The notes under the pieces were generated by a model. The model was not told the origin of the DNA. It searched no databases and saw only the letters and a program-made list of their open reading frames with translations. 64,000 nucleotides of DNA from Bryobacterales bacterium. Its GTDB lineage: Bacteria; Acidobacteriota; Terriglobia; Bryobacterales; UBA6623. The DNA lies in assembly GCA_963422375.2 (NCBI GenBank), contig OY729428.2, forward strand, positions 3,168,001-3,232,000, given 5' to 3'. The translations under genes were made by a program, and so were the position numbers. Position 1 is the stretch's first letter. Each line of letters begins with the position of its first letter. Positions 20,219-30,762 of the stretch are shown here, in pieces.

Positions 20219-21193
20219 TCAGCGGTTGTACCGAGGCGTCGGGCCGCGTACTTCCTCCCACGCGGCGTCGCAGGCCGCCAGCGCCTCCTCCGGCAGCGGC
20301 CCCTCCTGCGACGCCTCGATGTTCTCCTCCAGGTGAGCGAACCGCGAGGCGCCGAGAATCACGCAGTCCGCGCCCTTCCGGTAGCAGACCCACCGTAGCG
20401 CGAGCGTCGCCAGCGAGATGCCCAGATCGGAGGCGACCGCCTTCAGCGCATCCACCGCCCGGAAGTACTCGACATGCCAAAAGCGCTTCAGGTACATCCG
20501 GTTGCCGTCGAAGCGGGTACCCGGAAGCGGCCCCCGCTCCATTGACTGCTTGCCGGTCAGCAGACCTCCGGCCAGGGGGTTGTAGCAAACGTTCGCCACC
20601 CGGTAGCGCTCAGTGAACGCGAGGTATTCCTGCTCGATCCCCCGCGAGAGAGCGTTGTACATCGGCTGGGCGACCGCCGGCTCCCGATAGCCCCTCTCGC
20701 GCGAGATCGAGGCAATTTCGGCCATCTGCCAAGCGGCGTAGTTCGACGCGGCGATCCAGCGGATCTTGCCCTCCCGCCGGAGCTCGTCCATCGCATCCAA
20801 GGTCTCCCCGATATCGACGGCGCGGTCGGGCTGGTGCAGGTAATAGATGTCGATCCAGTCCGTCCCGAGGCGGGCCAGGCTTTCTTCCGCCGCGCGACGG
20901 ATCGCGGAGCGGCTCAGCCCCCCGTAGGCCCGGTCGCCGCTGCCCATGTTGCCGCGGACCTTCGTGGCGAGCACGACCCGCGACCGGCGCGCTCCCAAGA
21001 GCCTCCCCGTGATCTCCTCCGCCAGCCCTTGGTTGTAGACGTTGGCCGTGTCGAGGAAATTCACCCCGCGGTCGAGGGCGTGGTCCACCATGCGGGCGGC
21101 ATCCGCTTCCGCGACCTGCGATCCGAACGTCATCGTGCCGAGGCAGACGCGCGACACTCGCAGGCCTGTACCAGCCAAGACCGTTGTGCGCAT
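20219..21193 (-). CDS. Aldo/keto reductase
   Basis: LGTMTFG, LDTANVY, LATKV, YYLHQPD and YNPLAGGLLTGK; RBS GGAGG before ATG 21193. Confidence 0.95.
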   Translation of the reverse strand: MRTTVLAGTGLRVSRVCLGTMTFGSQVAEADAARMVDHALDRGVNFLDTANVYNQGLAEEITGRLLGARRSRVVLATKVRGNMGSGDRAYGGLSRSAIRRAAEESLARLGTDWIDIYYLHQPDRAVDIGETLDAMDELRREGKIRWIAASNYAAWQMAEIASISRERGYREPAVAQPMYNALSRGIEQEYLAFTERYRVANVCYNPLAGGLLTGKQSMERGPLPGTRFDGNRMYLKRFWHVEYFRAVDALKAVASDLGISLATLALRWVCYRKGADCVILGASRFAHLEENIEASQEGPLPEEALAACDAAWEEVRGPTPRYNR

Positions 21194-21263
21194 GGCGCCC
21201 CCTCCCTCTTGCAGGACCCGAATCATCCGCCCCGCGCCGATTCCGTCGGGCCGGTTGCAGCCG

Positions 21264-23291
21264 CTAGCGACGGACCGGGTTGACGAAGGCCCCGTTGGCG
21301 GCCACGTCCCACACAGCGACGCGCGCCCACGTCCAGCCCGGGGCCCGGATCTTCCAATGGTACGACTCCGCGGAGAACTCACCCGAGTGGGACAGGTCGA
21401 ACGTCTGCCGCTGCGTGCCCCGGCCGTCGCCCCAGACCACCTCGGCGAACTGCAAGGGAAACGTGCCTCGAACATCGAGCTGGACCTCGATTTCCTCTTC
21501 CGTGCCGCCGACGGACCACGACGGCAGCAGAACCTCGCCGGTCGTGACGAAGAACTCGCCGCGGAGCAGCGGGTCGAGCAGCTCGCCGTACCTGCTGAAC
21601 GGGGGCAGGCGGTCCGTCTTGACGTAGTTCACGTTCATGTGGGCGTAGACCTCGTGGGTGTGATCGAACTGGAACACGTCGACCTCGCCCAGGAGGCGCT
21701 TGTCCATGCCCCAGTTGTGCAGGTCGTCCAGCAGTCTCAGGGTGCGCTCCCCAAGGCGCGGGGAGGACAGGTCGGCCGGCATCGCCTTCCATCCGGCGCC
21801 GAAGTAGCGCGGGTCGCGGAAGTGCTCGGTGGCGCGGATCGCGTCCGGATACCCGGTTGATCCCTTCGTGCGGGCATGGGTCTGGTACATCCAGCCGTTC
21901 TCGCGCCGTACCAGATCGAGGAGTTCGGCGGCGTCGGCCGTACTGTAGACCGTGCCGTACTTCGGATGCTTGGAGACGAAGCTTCCGCCCTCGGGGCGGT
22001 CCATCCACCAGTACACGGGCTTAGGGAAGATCAGCCCCCAATGGCCGCCGAGATGGACGTTGGCCTCCTCCGACGGGATCATCAGGAAGTCGTTGCCGGA
22101 CTGCTCCCTGCAAGCCCGGAAGAAGCTGTCGAGCTCTTCGAGGCGGAGCCCGGTCAGATCGCGAGGGTGACCGTCGCCATGAAAGTCCATGATGATGGCG
22201 GCGTTGACACCCATGTTCCGAAGGACGGTCTTGAACGGCGGCGTCCAGTCCATGCCCTTCTCGAGGGCCTGCACGGTGTAGGCCAGGTGAAAGTGCGACG
22301 CGAGGGTCTTGAAGCCATCGAGAGCCGGGAAAACGTCCCTGTTCGTGTAAAGCAGGGCGTCTTCCAGCGCGGCCTCGGGCGCGCCGTCACCGAGAAGCAG
22401 GAACAGGGGCAGGGACTGCCGGCTGCCAGGAGGCGCGTTCGCCCATGGATAGAACTGCCAGTTGGTGTCCCGGATCTGGCGGATTCCCAGCGACACGCGA
22501 CCTCGCCACGAGCGGTGCCAGTTGTGGGACAGATTCGACGTGAAGTCCCGGGGAAAGAAGAACTGGTGCGGCGCCGGAAGGGCCGCCACGCTGCCGTGCC
22601 CGGCCGCAGTGGCCAAGGCCCTGTAGCGCACCTTGTACGCCACGCGCTCGGGCTGCAGTCCGTTCGCCGACTCCTTGCGCAGCTGCCCCTCGGTGTCGTA
22701 GTAGGCCAGAGGGGTGTCCATGTTGCGCCCGATCTGGAGTTGTTCCGGCGCGGCGAACTCGATGCCCGCGTCGTAGTAGAACGCTACGTCGGGACGGTCG
22801 GTCGAGACGACGGCTTCTTGCTGCACGAGGCGCGAGCCGGGAAAAAAGGTGTAGGCCAGAGTGCCGGAGAAGGGGCCGGCCTTGAATTCGTCGCAGTGGA
22901 CGCGCAGGCGGCTGCCGACGGTTTCCACGCGGATCCCTCGGAGCGCGAATTCGCCGATGTAAGCGGATGTTCCTTCGGGATGGGACGGCGGATAGTCGAA
23001 GAAGGCGTTCCAGCCCTTTCTGCGCACCCCGGTCTCGACCCGCATGAACGGCCGCGCATCACGCAGCACGGCGTTGCCCGCGACACCGACCGACCTGAGC
23101 AGCGGCTCCGCCGGGTCAAGGTCGAACAGCGCCGTCCACTCGCTGTCCTTGTCGTCCCGCCAAGTGACGGCGACCCCGCCGTCACGGACGACAGCGGACA
23201 CGGGCCCCTCCCGGTACTCGCTCAAGTCCGCGGGAACGGCGGCGCCCGCCGGGATTGCGGCCGCGACGAGAACGAGCGCGAGGTTCCGCAT
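21264..23291 (-). CDS. Secreted protein with C-terminal PHP-like (CehA/McbA-like) metal-binding domain
   Basis: Signal peptide; SHFH, DFHGDGH, EEANVHLGGH, QTH and EVD; G.FFVTTG and NPV C-terminal pattern shared with CehA/McbA proteins. Confidence 0.65.
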   Translation of the reverse strand: MRNLALVLVAAAIPAGAAVPADLSEYREGPVSAVVRDGGVAVTWRDDKDSEWTALFDLDPAEPLLRSVGVAGNAVLRDARPFMRVETGVRRKGWNAFFDYPPSHPEGTSAYIGEFALRGIRVETVGSRLRVHCDEFKAGPFSGTLAYTFFPGSRLVQQEAVVSTDRPDVAFYYDAGIEFAAPEQLQIGRNMDTPLAYYDTEGQLRKESANGLQPERVAYKVRYRALATAAGHGSVAALPAPHQFFFPRDFTSNLSHNWHRSWRGRVSLGIRQIRDTNWQFYPWANAPPGSRQSLPLFLLLGDGAPEAALEDALLYTNRDVFPALDGFKTLASHFHLAYTVQALEKGMDWTPPFKTVLRNMGVNAAIIMDFHGDGHPRDLTGLRLEELDSFFRACREQSGNDFLMIPSEEANVHLGGHWGLIFPKPVYWWMDRPEGGSFVSKHPKYGTVYSTADAAELLDLVRRENGWMYQTHARTKGSTGYPDAIRATEHFRDPRYFGAGWKAMPADLSSPRLGERTLRLLDDLHNWGMDKRLLGEVDVFQFDHTHEVYAHMNVNYVKTDRLPPFSRYGELLDPLLRGEFFVTTGEVLLPSWSVGGTEEEIEVQLDVRGTFPLQFAEVVWGDGRGTQRQTFDLSHSGEFSAESYHWKIRAPGWTWARVAVWDVAANGAFVNPVRR

Positions 23292-24236
23292 GGCGCCATG
23301 ATACCCGACCCCTGTTCGCCCGTTCGATGGAGACTCGCTGCCTGCGCCCGGTCACCTGCGCAACCTGACTCGGCCGCGATCAGGCGGATCCGTCCGGCAC
23401 CCGGTCGAGCGACTGCTCCGCGACCCGTTGGCAGGGTCGCGGCAGGCTGCGGCGGCACGGGTCCGTGCCGCGAGCGTTACCGCCAAGCACCAGTGCCTGT
23501 CGATTCCCGACGCGGTTGAGAGCGCGTTCTAGCCAACGAGCCGAGACTGCAATCGCGACCAAGAATCGGAGAAATCACCTCGTCGTGGCCTCGGAAGTCC
23601 CCGCTATTGTCGCTCGGCGGCAGGGGTTCCGACGGACTGACAAGGCTGCGACGTTGGAGAGCAGCGGAGCCTTCAGAACGCGCGTCGATTCCTGCTCGCC
23701 GGGCTCGAGACTCACGAGGCCGCCCAATCCGGGTCTCGATTCAGGCTGCTCGGTGCCGGACGAACGAACCAAGCGAGCGGAGCGCGCTTGGTGCGATCCG
23801 ACGCACCCGGGCTGCGCCGCAGGGCCGATTCCGCGACCGCCCTCCGATCCGCCGGCCGTCGCGGCAGCGGGTCTCGCGCAGGTCGATGCCAGCAGCGGGG
23901 GCCTCCGGGCCCGCACCCAAGGCGGGCCCGGACTAGGCAGGCCGCATCCCGCGGCCAGTCATCCGCGGTCCGCGCGAACCGCGACGGGACTTGCCCGCGG
24001 CGGCCAAGCGGTCCACGGCACGGGCTGCCGGAGACAGTGCCGTGGGCGCAACCCAACGCGGCACCTGCATCGCTCGGCTAGCGGATCGACTCCTGGGCCG
24101 CAGCACGGGCGACGCTCGAGCCGAGAAATCCGGCCCGCGCAGCAAAATCGGACCGGAAGGCGCTAGTAAAGGCGCACGCCCGGTTGCCCCTAACGGCCAC
24201 TTCTAATAGACTCTAGGCGGCGGAGGCATTCCCGAA

Positions 24237-26786
24237 GTGATTCTACTGGCACTGGCAATCGCAGTCTCTATCGGCACCGTGTATGCGCAGGCCGCGGAAG
24301 GACCGGCATTCGCAAAGGAAGTCGCTCCCATTCTCGAGGAGCGGTGCGTCCAGTGCCACGGCGACAAGCAGCAGCTCGCCGGACTGCGACTGGACAGCCG
24401 CGAAGTCCTCCTGCAAGGAGGCAAACAGGGACCGGCGGTCGTTCCCGGGTCCGCCGAGCAGAGCCTGCTCTACCACCACGTTACCGGCCGAGCCGAGCCG
24501 CGGATGCCTTTCGGGAGCACCCTAGCGGATGACGAGATCGCTGTTCTCAAGCAATGGATCGACGCCGGGGCACATTGGAGCGCGCCAGCCGAGCAGGCCG
24601 ATGCCGACGCGGTCTGGTGGGCCTTCAAGAATCCCGTGCGCCGGACCCCGCCCGATTCCGAGGCGCACCCGGTTGACGGCTTCATCGACGCTCGCCTCGG
24701 CGAGAAGGGCCTCGAGCGCGCGCCCCGAGCCGATCCGGCGACGTTGGTGCGGCGCGCCTACCTAGACCTCGTGGGGATGCTCCCAGCCGCCGCGGTGGTC
24801 GATTCGTTCGCCAAGGATCCGTCGCGCGAGGCGTTCGCCCGTCTCGTCGAGGAGCTGCTGGACTCCCCGAGGTACGGCGAGCGCTGGGGCCGCCACTGGC
24901 TGGACGCTGTTCGATACGCAGACTCCTCCGGGTACGAGCACGACTACGACCAGCCCCACGCTTGGCGCTACCGGGACTACGTGATCCGGTCGTTCAACGA
25001 CGACAAGCCCTACGACCGGTTCGTAAAGGAGCAGCTGGCCGGCGACGAGCTCGAGGATCAGAGCTTCGACAGCCTGACGGCAACCGGCATGCTGCGCGTC
25101 GGGCCGCGCGTGCTGTTCCGCGAGAAGGACAATCCCCAGTACCGATACACGTACCTAGACGACATCATCGCGACGACCGGCCGGGTGTTTCTCGGCATGA
25201 CGGTCGATTGCGCGCGCTGCCACGACCACAAGTTCGACGACATCTCCCAGATGGACTATTACCGCACGATGGCGGTGTTCTTCCCGTACATCCGGTACGA
25301 CTTCCCCTTGGCGGACACGGAGACGGTAGCCGACCACGAAGCCGCAACCGAGGCGGTCAACGCCAAGACTGCCCCGCTCACGAAGCAGATCCGCAAGATC
25401 GAGGCCCCGTACCGGGACGCCGCCAGGAAGCGGGCGCTGGAGAGGTTCCCGGAGGAAATCCAAGTCGCCGTGCGGACACCCGACACCCAGCGCACGCCGG
25501 GGCAGAAGCTGCTTGCGGCCCAAGTGCAGTCCATTGGCGTCAGCGACTTCAAGCACCTGATCTCGGCAGAGGACGAGTTGCGCGTTGCGGATCTCAAGGC
25601 CAAGATCGCGGAATTCGAGAAGGAGCTGCCGCCGCCCCTGCCGATGGCGATGGGCATCCGGGACGGCGACTACCGCTTCGCGCCCAACGGCCTCGGCGAC
25701 GAAGTGCAGCCGGGCAAGGGCGACCGCGAGGACTTCAGCGGAATCGAGGGAACCTGGCTGCCCGCCAAGGGCTACACGCCGCCTCCCGCGCACTTCCTCC
25801 CGAACGCCGACTACCGCAACAAGGGAGATGTCGTTGAGCCAGGCTACATCGAGGCGCTCGCACGCGGCCAGGCATTCGAGCCGTCCTCGCCGACCCACCG
25901 CGTTTCCAGCGGCCGCCGCCTGGCCCTGGCCAGCTGGATCGCGTCCCCGTCGAACCCGCTCACCGCACGGGTCATGGCGAACCGGATCTGGATGCACCAC
26001 TTCGGCGAGGGCTTGGTCTATACCGCGAGCAACTTCGGCAGCATGGGCACGCGCCCGACCCACCCGGAGCTCCTCGACTGGCTCGCGACGGAGTTCGTGC
26101 GGCAGGGCTGGAGCATGAAGGCGCTGCACCGCCTGATCATGACCTCCGAGAGCTACCAGATGGCTTCCGCCCACACCGACCCCGCCGCGTCCGAGGCGGA
26201 CCCGGAGAACAAGCTGCTGTGGCGGTTCCGCCAGAGACGCTTGGAGGGCGAGATCATCCGCGACATCATCCTGGACGCGGCCGGCAACCTGAATCTCGAG
26301 GCAGGCGGCCCGGGCTACTTCCCGCCGATTCCGGACGAGGTGCGCGAGTCGTTTCCGAAGGGCAAGTGGGACATGAGCGATCCCGGGCCGGAGAACTGGA
26401 GGCGCAGCGTCTACGCCTACGCCAAGAGGGGGCTGCGGTACCCGCTGTTCGAGGTGTTCGACCAGCCCAGCATGAACGTCACTTGCGAGCGCCGCACGAC
26501 AACCACCGTGCCGACTCAGGCGCTGACGCTTCTCAATAACGAATTCGCCCTGCGGCAGGCCCAGCACTTCGCCGAACGCGTGGCGGGGCTCGCCGACGGG
26601 CGGGCGGATCGGATTCAGGAGGCCTACCGGATCGCGCTGAGCCGGTCCCCGACCCAGTCCGAACTGGACGCGAACTTGGAATTCCTCCGGCAGCAGGAGG
26701 CGTTCCACCAAGGAGACGCACTGAAGGCCCTGACGGATCTTTGCGACGTGCTCCTCAACCTGAACGAGTTCCTCTATGTCAGCTAA
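24237..26786 (+). CDS. PSCyt1 + DUF1549 + DUF1553 cytochrome c protein
   Basis: CVQCH and CARCH, YGERWGRHWLDAVRYAD, PTHPELLDWLATEF and RRSVY. Confidence 0.93.
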   Translation: MILLALAIAVSIGTVYAQAAEGPAFAKEVAPILEERCVQCHGDKQQLAGLRLDSREVLLQGGKQGPAVVPGSAEQSLLYHHVTGRAEPRMPFGSTLADDEIAVLKQWIDAGAHWSAPAEQADADAVWWAFKNPVRRTPPDSEAHPVDGFIDARLGEKGLERAPRADPATLVRRAYLDLVGMLPAAAVVDSFAKDPSREAFARLVEELLDSPRYGERWGRHWLDAVRYADSSGYEHDYDQPHAWRYRDYVIRSFNDDKPYDRFVKEQLAGDELEDQSFDSLTATGMLRVGPRVLFREKDNPQYRYTYLDDIIATTGRVFLGMTVDCARCHDHKFDDISQMDYYRTMAVFFPYIRYDFPLADTETVADHEAATEAVNAKTAPLTKQIRKIEAPYRDAARKRALERFPEEIQVAVRTPDTQRTPGQKLLAAQVQSIGVSDFKHLISAEDELRVADLKAKIAEFEKELPPPLPMAMGIRDGDYRFAPNGLGDEVQPGKGDREDFSGIEGTWLPAKGYTPPPAHFLPNADYRNKGDVVEPGYIEALARGQAFEPSSPTHRVSSGRRLALASWIASPSNPLTARVMANRIWMHHFGEGLVYTASNFGSMGTRPTHPELLDWLATEFVRQGWSMKALHRLIMTSESYQMASAHTDPAASEADPENKLLWRFRQRRLEGEIIRDIILDAAGNLNLEAGGPGYFPPIPDEVRESFPKGKWDMSDPGPENWRRSVYAYAKRGLRYPLFEVFDQPSMNVTCERRTTTTVPTQALTLLNNEFALRQAQHFAERVAGLADGRADRIQEAYRIALSRSPTQSELDANLEFLRQQEAFHQGDALKALTDLCDVLLNLNEFLYVS

Positions 26787-28227
26787 CAAGTCCTTCGTGT
26801 CACGCCGGGACTTCCTGTTCCGGGCCGGAGAGGGCATCAGCGGCCTTGCCTTGGCTTCCCTGCTGCAGCAGGACGGGCTGCTGGGAGCGGAAACCGCTTG
26901 CGATGCACAGGGCGTCGTCTCCCCGACGCGGCCGCGCCAGCCCCACTTCAAGGCCCGGGCCAAGGCAGTCATCTCCCTGTTCATGAGCGGCGGGGTCAGC
27001 CACGTCGACACATTCGACTACAAGCCGATGCTCGAGAGGCATCACGGCAAGCCGCTGACCGGCAAGGGTCGCGTGCGCGTGCGCCAAGGCTTCCCCGGCC
27101 CGCTCATGCGTAGCCCGTTCAAGTTCGAGCGGCACGGCGAGTGCGGCAAGCTCGTATCCGAGCTGTTCCCGCACTTGGGGGCCATGGCGGACGAACTGGC
27201 GTTCGTGCATTCCTGCAAGGGCCGCTCGAACGACCACGTGCTGGCGCACTACGAATGGAATACCGGCTCGGTCCTGATGGGCCATCCCAGCGTGGGGAGC
27301 TGGGTCACGTACGGATTGGGCTCGGAAAACCAGAGCCTGCCCGGCTTCGTCGTGGTCTACGACCACCGGGGCGGCCCCTTCTCGGGCCCCTCGAACTGGA
27401 GCAGCGGATACTTGCCGGCCACCTACCAAGGCACTGTATTTCGCTCGCAGGGCGACCCGATTCTCGACCTGCGACCGCCGGCGGACCTGCTGTCTCCGGC
27501 GCAGCAACGGGCGCGCCTGGATCACCTTGCCAAGCTCAACGAGGAGCACGCGAGCCGCCATCCCGGCTCCTCGGAACTCGCGGCGCGGATCGCCTCGTAC
27601 GAGCTAGCCTATCGCATGCAGGGCTGCGCACCCGAGGCCGTGGACATTTCGCAAGAGTCCGAGGAGACGAAGCAGCTGTACGGGATGGACGAACCGACGA
27701 CGGAGCCGTTCGGCCGGCAGTGCCTGCTAGCGCGCCGACTCGTCGAGCGCGGGGTACGCTTCGTGCAGCTATACAGCGGAGCCCTGCGCCAGCAAAACAT
27801 AGACACTTGGGACGCTCACGCCAACCTCATCGAAAACCACACCCTACACGCGGGCGAGGTCGACCGGCCGATCGCCGGTCTGCTTAAGGACCTGCAGCGC
27901 ACCGGGCTGCTCGACGAGACGCTCGTGGTCTGGCATTCGGAATTCGGTCGCATGCCGATCTCCCAGCGCGGACTGGGGAGAGACCACAACCCGCACGCGA
28001 TGACGGCATGGATGGCGGGTGCCGGGATCCGGGGAGGCCAGTCGGTCGGCGCGACGGACGAGTTCGGGTACAAGGCCGAGGAGCAGGTCCTGACGTACCA
28101 CGATCTGCACGCGACCATGCTGCACCTGCTCGGCATCGACCACGAGCGCCTGACGTACTTCTTCAACGGGCGCCACATGCGCCTGACCGATGTCCACGGG
28201 AACCCGATCCCCCAGCTGGTGAGCTAG
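26776..28227 (+). CDS. DUF1501 family protein (Tat signal)
   Basis: SRRDFL, GGVSHVDTFDYKP, WDAH, EFGRMP and GRDHNP. Confidence 0.94.
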   Translation: MSANKSFVSRRDFLFRAGEGISGLALASLLQQDGLLGAETACDAQGVVSPTRPRQPHFKARAKAVISLFMSGGVSHVDTFDYKPMLERHHGKPLTGKGRVRVRQGFPGPLMRSPFKFERHGECGKLVSELFPHLGAMADELAFVHSCKGRSNDHVLAHYEWNTGSVLMGHPSVGSWVTYGLGSENQSLPGFVVVYDHRGGPFSGPSNWSSGYLPATYQGTVFRSQGDPILDLRPPADLLSPAQQRARLDHLAKLNEEHASRHPGSSELAARIASYELAYRMQGCAPEAVDISQESEETKQLYGMDEPTTEPFGRQCLLARRLVERGVRFVQLYSGALRQQNIDTWDAHANLIENHTLHAGEVDRPIAGLLKDLQRTGLLDETLVVWHSEFGRMPISQRGLGRDHNPHAMTAWMAGAGIRGGQSVGATDEFGYKAEEQVLTYHDLHATMLHLLGIDHERLTYFFNGRHMRLTDVHGNPIPQLVS

Positions 28228-28532
28228 CGCTCCTCCGGCGGATCGGAACCGGCCCGCAGGTCTTCGCCCTTGCCGCACGGTTTCAGCCTGCTGGGCGACA
28301 GCGCGCCCCGGCGGCCACCGCGTGCGGGGCTGCCGCCGGGCTCCGAGCCGAACAGGTTCACCGGGATGAGCGGCGAGAGCCGGACTCTGGGTCCGTCGCA
28401 CCGGAGGGGCCCCCGCGCACCCATCGGCTACACTGTGCCAGCACCGAAGCGGCGCTAGGTCGCCTGCCGGGTAAGCAGATTGACCAGTTGGTGCCGTTGA
28501 CCGCGGGCCGCGGGCGCCGCTCGCAAGGGGGC

Positions 28533-29305
28533 ATGGCCCCTCGGAGGAGGCGCGAGCCGCGGGTTGCGGCAGCCGGGGTGCTATACCCTTGCTTCGACGG
28601 CCGGCCGATGGCGAACAGCACCTACTAAGAGGAGGCTATTCGCGAGGCGATGTCCATGCTGAGCAGCACTTCGACGAACGTTAAGACGTGCTGGTCGCCA
28701 ACAACCTGCTCGTGTACTACGTCAAGGACGATGCCAACACGGAGGTGATGGTGGCCTTAGGCGTCCCGAAAGGCCATCGCATGTCGTACTTGGTATGCGA
28801 GGAGGGCAAGGCACCGGATTTCGTGCTGGAAGTCGCTCCGCCCGGCACCGTCAAGGTGGTCTTGGAGGAGAAGCCGTCTACTATACGCGCGCCTGGGCGT
28901 GAGTGAGTACTTCCGCTACGACCCGATGGGCGGCCTGCTGCCGACGCGCCTGGCGGGTGGCCGCCTGGAGGGCGGCCACTGCGGGCCGAGCGGATACCCG
29001 ACGCGGAACTGTCCATCCGCAGCGCGGTGCTGGGCTTGGACCTGCGTTACGACGGGGCCGCAAAGCGCCTGCGCATATGGGATCCAGTCGCGGACGAATA
29101 TCTGCGGACGCTGGGCGAGGAGGAGCGGGCACGCAAGGATTCCGAGCGGCGGCGGGTCGCGGAGACGCGCCAGCGAATCGCGGAGGAGCGAGCGCGTCAA
29201 GAGGCCGAGCGCCAGCGGGACGCGGAGGCGCGGACGCGCTTGGACGCCGAGCGGCGGTGGAAGGAGCTGGAGCTGCAGCTCACGGCGCTGCGACGCTCGC
29301 GATGA
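28533..29305 (+). pseudogene. Uma2-family (PD-D/ExK) endonuclease with coiled-coil tail, disrupted
   Basis: YPCFDGRPMA, a stop at 28626-28628, then NLLVYY, APDFVLEVA, EYFRYDP and LRIWDP-EYLRT plus an E/R-rich tail, spread over several frames. Confidence 0.85.
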
Positions 29306-30190
29306 GGTGGGGGGACCAGCGGGCGACGGTGCCTCCCGCGGTCGTAGCGCTCCGACCGGCCAAAGCGCACCAGAAGCCCCTCGTGCCGGATTTGCCGGCA
29401 TCCGGCAGGTGCGCTGCCGAATCATCCGTCGGATGCCCCTGTTCTTGTCGCACTGAGCCCTCAACCGTGGGAGCACTGGCCCGGGCGTTGCGGAGGGTGC
29501 CTGAGCTCCCGTGACAGGGCGCGAGCACGCAGCGCGGGGGCAGCTCGTCCGTCGCTGCGAAACGCACCCCCCTCGGCACGAACTTGGACGTATGCAAGTC
29601 CCTTCCCGCTGGTGCCCCGAGGGGTGACCCGGATGCGGTCGGCTGATGATCACGACCGGGCAGTACCGTGCAGCCCGGACCTGCGGGCCGGAAGCGCTGC
29701 CTCGCAAACCCTTCCGGGCAGTGCGGCCGTGGCAGACAGCCTCTCTCGCGTGCCGCTCGCAGTCCGGCTCTGGAACAGCTTGGCCTTATAGAGCACCGTC
29801 TGCCGATTCGGCACATCCGGAAGCTTGTGATTTCCTTGATTTCAACCGGTTAGGCATGACACACCAAACCTGTCCGCGGCGTCCAAGCGCGGCACTCCGA
29901 ATCAGGTTGATCGAATCACCCTAGAACCGCACGGTCCAAGATCGCCGATCCCGGTATCTGCGATTCGGCGTCAGATCTCGCGGCCGCGCGAACCGCAATA
30001 AGGGCCGATGGCGGCCTAGCAAGTCCAGACGCGGCGCAATCGGGACGTTGGCCCCGCATCAATGGCGCCATCCCGACAGGAAGCCAGCAAACGAGGCCCG
30101 GCTCGGAGAGACCGCACGCCAGCCGATTCAGTGCGACCGCTTGGAATCAAGCCTGTCTGCATGGCATACCATAAGATGAGGCGGTGTCGC

Positions 30191-30267
30191 GGGCGCGTAG
30201 CTCAGCTGGATAGAGCATCTGCCTTCTAAGCAGAGGGTCCCAGGTTCGAGTCCTGGCGCGCCTGCCA
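30191..30267 (+). tRNA. tRNA-Arg(TCT)
   Basis: Acceptor GGGCGCG/CGCGCCT, anticodon arm TCTGC-CTTCTAA-GCAGA, GGTTCGAGTCC and encoded CCA. Confidence 0.97.
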
Positions 30268-30762
30268 TCCGCCTGCCGCAATCTCTTATTGCTGAAGGCA
30301 TCGCGTCAGGGCGGCGCGTAATCGCAAAACGCTGAAGATCTGCCCCGCCGGACAGATTTGCCCGGGCACCATAGAGGGTTCGGCCACTGGGCTCGGCACG
30401 CCCTACCGTATCCGCACCGCGCCCAGCGGCACGCCTGCGAAGCCGACCGCCGGAGTCGAGTGCATGGGCAGCCCCTCGTGCGGAGCCGCAGGGCCTGGTT
30501 CGCTGCGCTCGAGGGCAGGCACCATCGTGACGGTGCGGCTCCTCGCAGATCTCGAGCGGCGAAGGTCCGTCGCAGGCTGCCAGCTGGCAGACCAAGCAGG
30601 CGCAATCCGATGACGCTAAGCGAGCGTTCGCGCCAATGCCGGCCGGGTCCGACGAGGCTGCGGCTCGGGACAGATCCGAGCCCGACCGGTCCATCCGCCG
30701 GTCTGATCGGCCGACCGTCGGACTCGCTACACTTCTAGATCGTCGGAACCCGGCGGCTCGCC

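Noticed and set aside
23590..23605. RNase P RNA (GGAAGTCC)
   Set aside because: Lacks GAGGAAAGTCC and the 3' CAGAA...GCTTA element
19973..30267. Integrated island bounded by the two tRNA-Arg genes
   Set aside because: They are different isoacceptors, no duplicated tRNA 3' end or integrase was found, and the cargo looks native
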